64,000 nt of DNA, from assembly GCA_002269645.1 (NCBI GenBank), contig NIVC01002502.1, positions 1-64,000 of the forward strand, read 5' to 3'. The notes beneath the pieces were generated by a model. That model searched no databases. It was not told the DNA's origin and saw nothing but the letters and a program-made list of their open reading frames with translations. Source of the stretch: Macrostomum lignano. Taxonomy: Eukaryota. A program made the position numbers and the translations under genes. Shown here piece by piece: positions 11,985-21,888 of this stretch (positions within the stretch are counted from its first letter, which is position 1; each line of letters opens with the position of its first letter).

Positions 11985-13405
11985 CGTTTTTTCAGAGAGA
12001 GTCTTTGTGTGCCATTCCACACTATCTGAGAACTATCAGAGAGAGTCTTTGTGTGCCATTCCACACTATCTGAGAACTATCAGACTGAGTCTTTGTGTGC
12101 CATTCCACACTATCTGAGAACTATCAGACTGAGTCTTTGTGTGCCATTCCACACTATCTGAGAACTATCAGACTGAGTCTTTGTGTGCCATTCCACACTA
12201 TCTGAGAACTATCAGACTGAGTCTTTGTGTGCCATTCCACACTATCTGAGAACTATCAGAGTGAGTCTTTGTTTGCCATTCCACACTATCTGAGAACTAT
12301 CAGAGTGAGTCTTTGTGTGCCATTCCACACTATCTGAGAACTATCAGAGTGAGTCTTTGTTTGCCATTCCACACTGTCTGAGAACTATCAGAGTGAGTCT
12401 TTGTGTGCCATTCCACACTATCTGAGAACTATCAGAGTGAGTCTTTGTTTGCCATTCCACACTGTCTGAGAACTATCAGAGTGAGTCTTTGTGTGCCATT
12501 CCACACTATCTGAGAACTATCAGACTGAGTCTTTGTGTGCCATTCCACACTGTCTGAGAACTATCAGAGTGAGTCTTTGTTTGCCATTCCACACTATCTG
12601 AGAACTATCAGAGTGAGTCTTTGTGTGCCATTCCACACTGTCTGAGAACTATCAGAGTGAGTCTTTGTGTGCCATTCCACACTATCTGAGAACTATCAGA
12701 GTGAGTCTTTGTGTGCCATTCCACACTATCTGAGAACTATCAGACTGAGTCTTTGTGTGCCATTCCACACTATCTGAGAACTATCAGAGTGAGTCTTTGT
12801 GTGCCATTCCACACTATCTGAGAACTATCAGAGTGAGTCTTTGTGTGCCATTCCACACTATCTGAGAACTATCAGAGTGAGTCTTTGCTTGCCATTCCAC
12901 ACTATCTGAGAACTATCAGAGTGAGTCTTTGTTGCCATTCCACACTATCTGAGAACTATCAGAGTGAGTCTTTGTGTGCCATTCCACACTGTCTGAGAAC
13001 TATCAGACTGAGTCTTTGTGTGCCATTCCACACTATCTGAGAACTATCAGAGTGAGTCTTTGTGTGCCATTCCACACTATCTGAGAACTATCAGAGTGAG
13101 TCTTTGTGTGCCATTCCACACTATCTGAGAACTATCAGAGTGAGTCTTTGCTTGCCATTCCACACTATCTGAGAACTATCAGACTGAGTCTTTGTGTGCC
13201 ATTCCACACTATCTGAGAACTATCAGACTGAGTCTTTGTGTGCCATTCCACACTATCTGAGAACTATCAGACTGAGTCTTTGTGTGCCATTCCACACTAT
13301 CTGAGAACTATCAGAGTGAGTCTTTGTGTTGCCATTCCACACTATCTGAGAACTATCAGAGAGTCTTTGTTTGCCATTCCACACTATCTGAGAACTATCA
13401 GAGTG
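11985..13405. repeat. 44-bp minisatellite (GAGTCTTTGTGTGCCATTCCACACTATCTGAGAACTATCAGACT)n, about 32 copies
   Basis: Tandem unit read directly; SCaMC intron 3. Confidence 0.95.
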
Positions 13406-13859
13406 CGATTACGAACGAATGGCAGGCAGCACTGCCCAAGGCTCAGCTTACCAAGTATCTAGAGCAATCCCATGGCGAGACCTCAGCCTCAAGCACCGGA
13501 GCGTAGCAAAAGTACGCTGAATGAGGATCCACCCTGATTATTTTTGCGCTAGCGCAATCGACTGCCTTTAGTAGATTTTTTTGAAATCGTCCAGAGACAA
13601 AACTTAATAAAGTTACACTTTGACAGTTATTCAAATCTTTAAAAGATTATGTGTACAGAAACAAAAAATATTTTTACTGAAACTCGACTGTATGCGACTG
13701 TCCGCTCTCCAGCAAAACATGTTCAGAATAAAACATACTACATGACTGCGGAATGCGGAGGGAGACACAGAGGGGAGGAAGGAGGAGAACACATATGGTA
13801 TGGAAGAGTGTGGCACAGATGGGGAGTAGGGTTAGACAGGGGAGGGGAGACAAAGACAG

Positions 13860-14390
13860 AGCGGAAGACAGAGGAAGTCAGTGAGACAGACAGGGGCATA
13901 GAGAAGATAGAGGAGGAGAGATAGACAGGGCGGAGGGGAAGACCGGGTGGAGGGGAAGACAGGGGTGGAGGGGAAGACCGGGTGGAGGGGAAGACAGGGG
14001 TGGAGGGGAAGACAGGGGCGGAGGGGAAGACAGGGGTGGAGGGGAAGACAGGGTGGAGGGGAAGACAGGGGTGGAGGGGAAGACAGGGGAGGAGAGATAG
14101 ACAGGGCGGAGGGGAAGACAGGGGAGGAGAGATAGACAGGGCGGAGGGGAAGACAGGGGTGGAGGGGAAGACAGGGGTGGAGGGGAAGACAGGGGAGGAG
14201 AGATAGACAGGGCGGAGGGGAAGACAGGGGAGGAGAGATAGACAGGGCGGAGGGGAAGACAGGGGAGGAGAGATAGACAGGGCGGAGGGGAAGACAGGGG
14301 TAGAGGGGAAGACAGGGGTGGAGGGGAAGACAGGGATGGAGATAGACAGGGGTTGAGGGGAAGACAGGGGCGGAGGGGAAGACAGAAGCA
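13860..14390. repeat. Purine-rich ~18-bp repeat (GGGGTGGAGGGGAAGACA)n
   Basis: Tandem unit read directly. Confidence 0.9.
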
Positions 14391-14934
14391 GGGAGCAATC
14401 AGAGAAAAGCACACAGCCATCAAATACAGCATAAATACCATATGGCAATAAAATTACTTAGAAAAAAGTACTTTAACCGGCACACACAGAGCCAGCAGCT
14501 GCAATTATTGGGCCTCGTCTGCTAATGTGACTGACAAATTCGCGCAAAGTAAGCGTGACTGCAAAGCAATTCCGAGCTGCAGCTCAACATCGAGAGGATA
14601 AGAGAGCTGAGTCGAGCGAGAGACTGATCGAACAGCCAAAAGTACAGAGAGCATTAATCAAGAATTGAGGGAGCCGCTTGATCACGCTAGCTTGTTAGTC
14701 GTTACTACTATTGCAATACTACCAATACACATCTAAATTGCTTTCTAACGACCCAGGCCTCATGTTGCACACTATTGGCCAGACCGAAATGACGGACCGG
14801 GCCGTCAGCGAAACGAGATCTGTTAAATTAATTCTAGGCGTATCAGACAGTAAAACATGGACGATTTAAAAAATAAATACCGACAATTCGAGGACTAAAC
14901 ATAAAACGTAAACAATTCCAATCCACATTCAGCC

Positions 14935-15990
14935 AGTAACAATCCACATTCAGTCAGTGACAATCCACAATCAGTCAGTGACAATCCACATTCAGTCAGT
15001 GACAATCCACATTCAGTCAGTGACAATCCACATTCAGTCAGTGACAATCCACATTCAGTCAGTGACAATCCACATTCAGTCAGTGACAATCCACAATCAG
15101 TCAGTGACAATCCACAATCAGTCAGTGACAATCCACATTCAGTCAGTGACAATCCACATTCAGTCAGTGACAATCCACATCCAGCTAGAGCCAATAAACA
15201 TTCAGCCACCGACAATCCACATTCAGCCACTGACAATCGACATTCAGCCACTGACAATCCACATTCAGCCACTAACAATCCACACTCAGCCAGTGACAAT
15301 AAAGAGTCAGCCACTGAAATCCACATTCAGTCAGTGACAATCCACATTCAGTCAGTGACAATCCACTTGCAGTCAGTGACAATCCACATTCAGTCAGTGA
15401 CAATCCACATCCAGCTAGAGCCAATAAACAGTCAGCCACCGACAATCCACATTCAGCCACTGACAATCGACATTCAGCCACTGACAATCCACATTCAGCC
15501 ACTAACAATCCACACTCAGCCAGTGACAATAAAGAGTCAGCCACTGAAATCCACATTCAGTCAGTGACAATTCACATTCAGTCAGGGACAATCCACAGTC
15601 AGCCACTGAAAATCCACATTTAGTCAATGACAATTCACATCCAGCCACTGACAATCCACATCCAGACACTGACAATCCACATCCAGATACTGACAATCCA
15701 CATTCAGACACTGACAATCCACCCAGATACTGACAATCCACATCCAGACACTGACAATCCACATTCAGACACTGACAATCCACATCCAGATACTGACAAT
15801 CCATCCAGATACTGACAATCCACATCCAGACACTGACAATCCACATTCAGACACTGACAATCCACATCCAGATACTGACAATCTACATCCAGACACTGAC
15901 AATCCACATTCAGACACTGACAATCCACATCCAGATACTGACAATCTACATCTAGATACTGACAATCCACATTCGTCCAGTGACAATACA
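14935..15990. repeat. 21-bp minisatellite family (GTGACAATCCACATTCAGTCA grading into CTGACAATCCACATCCAGATA)
   Basis: Tandem unit read directly; two variant sub-arrays. Confidence 0.9.
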
Positions 15991-16087
15991 CAATTTAATT
16001 AGCCACTTCAACTTAACCTTAGCTGACTACTAATAGAATTGATATCAGTCGGTCTTTCATAAATCCCAAGTGAACCAATTCACTCAC

Positions 16088-16199
16088 CAAAGTGTGCTCC
16101 CAGTAGCAAGCAATTTCGTCTAAGCTTCTTCCGGCTTGCAACAATAGAAACTCTTTCCATTCGGCTTCGGAAATCAGCAGATTTCCTTCCATATCCATG
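16088..16199 (-). CDS. SCaMC: SCaMC exon 3 (EF-hand 4 and linker); frame not shown in the ORF track
   Basis: Hand translation: acceptor ATGCAG|C, then MDMEGNLLISEAEWKEFLLLQAGRSLDEIACYWEHTL, donor TTG|GTGAGT. The peptide matches the SCaMC I.W.EW..F/Y.LL...YW.H region. Confidence 0.88.
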
Positions 16200-16292
16200 C
16201 TGCATGGGCAGCATTGAGGAGAGGTGTGAAATTATGGCAAAGCTAAACAATATGAATAAACAGATCTTCGACTTAGACAAGAAGTTACACAC

Positions 16293-16507
16293 CGTTTAAC
16301 AAGCATTTCAGCCTTGCCATCGTCAATGGAAATGCCCAACTGGCTGAATGCCTCTTTAATTTCAGCCGCATCAATGTAGCCGTCCATCTTTTTGTCAATT
16401 TTGCGAAACACCTGACTCAACTGTTCTTCATGGTCGAGCACCCAGCTGGCGAATTCTTTGAAGTCCAGGGTGCCATCTTGGTTGGAGTCACCCTCCGCAA
16501 CCAGTTG
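16293..16507 (-). CDS. SCaMC: SCaMC exon 2 (EF-hands 2-3)
   Basis: Acceptor CGACAG|CAA. Encodes DSNQDGTLDFKEF and DKKMDGYIDAAEI (EF loops). Donor CG|GTGTGT, phase 2. Confidence 0.9.
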
Positions 16508-17263
16508 CTGTCGATGGGGAAAGCATGAAAAATTATTGCTTATATTGTACTATAATATGTTAGTATACAAACATATACTTGAAAAATAAGGAAATACGCC
16601 TATTTGCATTTTATTGTATAGATCTTGCTAAGAGGTTTTCAAAAACATTTAGTTCATGAAAATTGATCTAAAACTAAAAGTTATGAACACTTTTCTATGA
16701 GTTTTTTGTTTGACTTTTTGTGCATTTTTTGTGCAGTGATCTATTGGGAGCACGAGACTTGCCCGCAGGCGAACTGCCCGCCGAGATTTGCCCGCAGGAG
16801 ATTTGCCCGTCGAGATTTGCCCGCCGAGGTTTGCCCGCAGAGATTTGCCCGCAGTGCATTCTGCCCGCAGGAGATTTGCCCGTCGAGATTTGCCCGTCGA
16901 GATTTGCCCGTCGAGATTTGCCCGTCGAGATTTGCCCGTCGAGATTTGCCTGTCGAGATTTTCCCGCAGAGATTTTCCCATCGAGATTTTCCCGTCGAGA
17001 TTTGCCCGCAGAGATTTGCCCGCAGAGATTTGCCCGCAGAGATTTTCCCGCAATGCAGTTTTAATCTTGCAAAAATCGACTTATACTTATCGAAATTATT
17101 TACCTGCCAGATTTCAACCGTGTGAATCTGAAACTCTTACTGCCGCAAATGCATAAGATATTTCTTTGGCATTCCGCAGACACCTCAAATTTCCTTTCTG
17201 CTAAATTACTGTAGCCTGTTCTATAATCTTTTGTAGCAGCAATTTTTTGCTGGTGCCTGGTGG

Positions 17264-17471
17264 TAGGGATGGTAAAATCCCGGCTAGTTTCCAATCCCAG
17301 GATTGTCGGGTTCGGGATATTCCTGTCCAACTCCCATAAAATCCCCAGCATTTTCAGTCCCAGCAAATCCCGAAAAATTGAAATCCCGCTGAATGGTGGG
17401 CAATTTTAAGTCCTGAGATTGGAATTCCAGGTGTTTGCTCTCAAATCCCGGTCCCGGTATTGGAATCTCTA
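17264..17471. mobile_element. ~210-bp hAT-like MITE at the inner end of the left Mutator TIR
   Basis: Ends TAGGGAT...ATCTCTA. Flanks CCTGGTGG/GCTGGTGG (7/8 match). The right-hand TIR reads straight through this point (TTGCTGGTGGAGC). Confidence 0.5.
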
Positions 17472-18189
17472 GCTGGTGGAGCGCTGTCTGTTTCAAATTC
17501 ACATGTCAGCCGCCTGGATTTTATCACCTCGATCTGCTCAACCACCGAACGACAAATCCAGTAAATAAGCCATGGAGTCCTATATGGTGCATGTCGGGGA
17601 CCCCACGACATTTTATAATCTGGCCCTTACATAGAGTATGAGTATGCAGAGCATTTTCTAAAAACATCGCCTTGTGCATGTGGCGACGGGCAGCTGGCTT
17701 ATCTATATAACAAATTTAATGAAATTTAAAGACCTGCTTATTAACTCCTCGCTAAAGATCCAGAAAGCAGTGTAAACAAAGTCTGATGTGATTCTTTCTC
17801 GCTAATTCTATCCTGGACCCCTATATCTCAATTCCCAGTCTTCGATAAAATGTCCATAAAATCTGTCTGGATTTCATTCTCTCTGGGTCTGGGTCTGGGT
17901 CTGGGTCTCTCATTCTCTCTTCTCTTTCTGATTGGCTGCAGGCACCCCACCCCTTTAGCCTCCTTCTTGTCTTGCGTGCCCCTCATTCCTTTGATCGCGC
18001 CTCCTAACCCAACCCCTCTCTTTGCCCACCCCTCCTTTCTCTCAACCCCCTGTTATCTCCTATAATATATAAATACACTGCCCTTCCTTACTGCTTAGTG
18101 TATTCAACTTTAGTCTGGTCAAGTTAGACTGCGACAACTCTACATATATAAAGTGAATTTCAAGACAACGTTAATAACAAGCAGACCAC

Positions 18190-19626
18190 ATGGAAGCAGC
18201 TCCTCCCATCGCTGTGCGCTTTAGTGCAACAATTCGTGGGAAGCGCAAAGCAGCCTGCGAAGGCTACTACTTTACACTTGAAAGAACTAGCCTGGTCGAC
18301 GAAGAGGTGTCATTTTGGCAGTGTGAAGAACGGCGCTTGGGATCATGTCCTGCTCGAATCCACATCCGGAATGGCTTTAAAGTGCGACAGCTGAATGACC
18401 ACAATCACGGACCTGACGGCTCTCGATTCCAAGTTCTTGAGGCTCTTCGGGAGATTAAATCGGATGCCAGGAACACCGTGAATTCGACGGCAAATATCGT
18501 CATGGAACACACAAATGGGCTGTCTGAGTGTGCAGGCATAGCCCTTCCATCTCAAAGCGCATTAAAGCGGCAAGTTCAAGATGTTCGTCAAACGCACCAA
18601 GGTCTTCCAGTACAGCCGCTCAACCGAGCCGAGCTCATTATACCTGAAGAATTTCAATTCAACAACGGAGCACTGTTTCTGCTGCATGACTCCGGACAGG
18701 ACAACAATCGAATTTTAATCTTCGGTAGCGAGGATAACATTCAAGCCCTGCAATTGGCGACAGATTTCTTCTCGGACGGCACATTCGATGCCTCGCCGCC
18801 ACTGTTCGCTCAACTGGTGACAGTGCATGCCGAACTTCAAGGCTTCATAAGACCACTCATCTACGCATTGCTACCCAACAAGACCGAAGCAACGTACTGT
18901 CGATTTTACGAGGCTCTGCATCAATTGGCGCCGAACATGAGGCCACTTCGCTGGATGTCAGATTTTGAGCGAGCTAACATGAATGCTGTTCAGCATGTCT
19001 TTGGCATCGAGTCAACAGGCTGTCTATTTCACCTCGTTCAGTGCGTGTACAGAAGAGCAGTTGCTGAGGGATTAAAGCGTCAGATTGAAGAAGATGGCGA
19101 GATGTCCGTCTGGCTGCGTTGCCTTTCTGCTTTGGCCTTTGTGCCTATTAATAGTGTTCCAGCAGCATTTGATGAGTTAATAATGCTGCCTGACTTTCCT
19201 GCGGAGATGGCTTCAACAGCAGACTATTTTGAAGCCCAGTGGGTCGGCCATCGACTTCCTGGCGGAGGAAGACGGCAGCCTCGATTCTCACCTTCAATTT
19301 GGAATGTTCGTGAGCGAACTTTGAATGGACTTCATCGCACGAACAACGCAGTTGAAGCCTGGCATAGGAGGTTCCAGTCAATTCTGGGTTGCAGCAATCC
19401 GAATGTTTTTCGGCTCATGAAGGACCTCAAAAAGGAAGTCGAACACCAGGCACTGCTGATGCAGCGAGCCAACGCTGTGAAGCACCGAAGGAGCGGAAGA
19501 GATACGTGCAGAGCAACGCGATGCTTCTTCGCGTCACGCAGCGTTGGAACGTCGAAGGTGGCGGTCTGCCTGCTGACTTTCCTTTGCGTTCCTATGAGGG
19601 GCATCGCTCACCATTTGAAGAAGTGA
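18190..19626 (+). CDS. MULE transposase with N-terminal FLYWCH zinc finger, 478 aa
   Basis: FWQC...CPAR...DHNH (FLYWCH). FSDGTF, WMSDFE, CLFH (CxxH) and RTNNAVEAWH are the Mutator DDE motifs. Confidence 0.92.
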   Translation: MEAAPPIAVRFSATIRGKRKAACEGYYFTLERTSLVDEEVSFWQCEERRLGSCPARIHIRNGFKVRQLNDHNHGPDGSRFQVLEALREIKSDARNTVNSTANIVMEHTNGLSECAGIALPSQSALKRQVQDVRQTHQGLPVQPLNRAELIIPEEFQFNNGALFLLHDSGQDNNRILIFGSEDNIQALQLATDFFSDGTFDASPPLFAQLVTVHAELQGFIRPLIYALLPNKTEATYCRFYEALHQLAPNMRPLRWMSDFERANMNAVQHVFGIESTGCLFHLVQCVYRRAVAEGLKRQIEEDGEMSVWLRCLSALAFVPINSVPAAFDELIMLPDFPAEMASTADYFEAQWVGHRLPGGGRRQPRFSPSIWNVRERTLNGLHRTNNAVEAWHRRFQSILGCSNPNVFRLMKDLKKEVEHQALLMQRANAVKHRRSGRDTCRATRCFFASRSVGTSKVAVCLLTFLCVPMRGIAHHLKK

Positions 19627-21377
19627 TCTGATTGACAACGGTAGCTATCCTTACAATTTTGGTTTCTTGCTGCACTACACTAAGAAGCAATAAATTTAAT
19701 ATTCTGTGCTCTAGTTTCATTGTGGCCTATATAATAATAGTTCCCGCTTCCATGGGATTCGCAAAGGCATTCACTTTGTGCACTTTAAACCCTCGTATTT
19801 AGCACTGCGGTTGCTTCTAGTTTCTGAAATTTGGTTAGGTCAGAGAAGTTCAGTGAACCCACAGTCTTCTGCCTACATAACAACTCACCCCTCCTCCCCA
19901 TTCCCTTCCCTTCCTCTTGTAGGTTGCCATTGTAACTGTATCACTGAATGCTTTTGTTGCCATGTACTCCGTCATCCACCTGTTCCTGTCTTGCGATGCA
20001 CAGTAAATGTTAACAATTGGTCAATCATTTTCATATTGTTTTCATTATTGCTCAATCAAAAGTTATCGTTAAGCGAATGCAAAGTGAAAAATGCAGTAGA
20101 GTACAAAGTTGTTTTAAGTAATTGAACCCAAGGACTTGATTGAAAGGGAATGAATAGGGAAGGATCAAATGGATGTGCTGGCGCTGCACATCGGAAGATT
20201 TGCTCCTTAGGGGTGCTAAATTCCGTTAATGTGTGAGCTAAGTAGAGTGAAAATTGCTAATTTACCTACTGCAATTCATTTTCGCTTGTATTATGCATGC
20301 ATAGTGATTGTACAATCGCTGTTGAACCTGTTAATTCGCAATTAATGCCAATGATACCTACAGCCTCACCATCTTTTGACTTGCGACGCTTAAATACCTT
20401 GTTCTACTTTTTGCCAAGTGAATGTACAAAAATAGCTATTGTATTGTGCGGTTCTGTCAAGGGAAAAATAAAGTCATTACCTTATTAAAATATGCGACAA
20501 GCTATGTGAGCTGCTCCACCAGCAAAAAATTGCTGCTACAAAAGATTATAGAACAGGCTACAGTAATTTAGCAGAAAGGAAATTTGAGGTGTCTGCGGAA
20601 TGCCAAAGAAATATCTTATGCATTTGCGGCAGTAAAAGTTTCAGATTCACACGGTTGAAATCTGGCAGGTAAATAATTTCGATAAGTATAAGTCGATTTT
20701 TGCAAGATTAAAACTGCATTGCGGGAAAATCTCTGCGGGCAAATCTCTGCGGGCAAATCTCGACGGGAAAATCTCGACGGGAAAATCTCGACGGGAAAAT
20801 CTCTGCGGGAAAATCTCGACAGGCAAATCTCGACGGGCAAATCTCGACGGGCAAATCTCGACGGGCAAATCTCCTGCGGGCAGAATGCACTGCGGGCAAA
20901 TCTCTGCGGGCAAACCTCGGCGGGCAAATCTCGACGGGCAAATCTCCTGCGGGCAAATCTCGGCGGGCAGTTCGCCTGCGGGCAAGTCTCATGGACCCGA
21001 TCTATTAACATCCACAATAATTGGATAAATTGTCAAAAAAGGAGTCAAAAATTTATGAAAAAATTAAAAAGAACAATCAAAGAAAGCATATGAAAAACAT
21101 TGCATACATGGCTACATTTCATACATAGTTTTAGATATTTAGATATATTTTAATAACTTATATATAGTTTTTATATTCTTTGCATTTTATTTTATACAGA
21201 ATTTTTGTTTGTTAAAGAAAAAACACTTATTTTTATTAGTTATTTCACTGTTTTTTTATTTTTTTGGCTTATTAAAGTTTTTACCTTAGAGATTTAAAGA
21301 ATATATGACCATTTGTGGTAGAGTTGCTTGCTTAATTAATAGCAAATAAATAAAGCTTAAAATCAACATTTATGGCG

Positions 21378-21425
21378 AAAACCAACGCGTTTCAACCCAC
21401 TAGGGCCGTCCTCAGGGTATATTTT
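21378..21425 (-). ncRNA. Minimal type-I hammerhead ribozyme motif (left arm, minus strand)
   Basis: Minus strand reads ACC-CUGAGGA-C-GGCCC-UAGU-GGGUU-GAAA-CGCGUU-GGU: conserved core, stem II, palindromic ACGCGU stem III, and stem I ACC/GGU. Activity not tested. Confidence 0.7.
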
Positions 21426-21448
21426 ATCACTGAACGAAAGTGATACGT

Positions 21449-21664
21449 CAGTTCAGCTGCCGCCTACCAGCTGGAACAATTTGCGTCTCAGTTAGAAAGG
21501 AAGAGAAAGGCGGCCGATCATTCTCTAAGCTCGGCTTTGTGAACATCCATCTCGCAGGGATCGGTTGCCTCAACTAGCCCGAGCAGCGAGCCTTCATTCT
21601 CACGCCATACAGTCCCAACCAGCGGCTGGACAATTCAACTTTAAGACTGAGTCTCTGCCTGAAA
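21449..21664 (+). pseudogene. 216-bp copy of FAM102 exon 1 (source 27566-27781)
   Basis: Base-by-base match to 27566-27781 with three C>T changes, one creating an in-frame TAG. Confidence 0.95.
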
Positions 21665-21680
21665 AGTTTTGTTCAGTGAT

Positions 21681-21728
21681 AAAATATACCCTGAGGACGG
21701 CCCTAATGGGTTGAAACGCGTTGGTTTT
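21681..21728 (+). ncRNA. Minimal type-I hammerhead ribozyme motif (right arm, plus strand)
   Basis: CTGAGGA at 21691-21697; stem II GGCCC/GGGTT with loop TAAT; GAAA at 21713-21716; ACGCGT mini stem III; predicted GUU cleavage after 21722; stem I ACC/GGT. Confidence 0.7.
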
Positions 21729-21888
21729 CGCCATAAATGTTGATCTTAAGCTTTATTTATATGACCATTTAGAAATATGACCTTCTAAACTAAAGCAAAA
21801 ATTGCCTTAGGTAGAAAATTTACTACAGAGTAAGATAGGACCTTACTTTTTTTTATAAAGCCTAGTTAGACAAAGAAAAACCCTTGTT

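Larger units (their letters stand above)
16746..20998 (+). mobile_element. Mutator-like (MULE/foldback-type) transposon, 4253 bp, with ~500-bp TIRs containing internal 14-bp tandem subrepeats
   Basis: 16746-~17255 is the reverse complement of ~20517-20998. The TIRs contain (GAGATTTGCCCGTC)-type subrepeats. 8-bp TSD GATCTATT at 16738-16745 and 20999-21006. Encloses the transposase ORF. Confidence 0.92.
21315..21760. mobile_element. Penelope-like inverted-arm cassette carrying a captured host exon fragment
   Basis: 90-bp inverted arms at 21346-21435 and 21671-21760 (88/90 identical), each with a hammerhead core. 31-nt extension on the left arm only. 13-bp direct repeat TATATGACCATTT at 21302-21314 and 21758-21770. 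Confidence 0.75.

Noticed and set aside
11985-13405. 44-bp and other regular arrays as possible CRISPR arrays
   Set aside because: Units are head-to-tail with no unique spacers, there are no cas genes, and the context is eukaryotic.
14770-14820. TGACGG...CCGTCA hairpin followed by GAAAC as another hammerhead
   Set aside because: No CUGANGA core precedes the stem.
16649-17156. RRDLP-repeat ORFs, mirrored at 20616-21093
   Set aside because: Translations of the 14-bp subrepeats of the Mutator TIRs.
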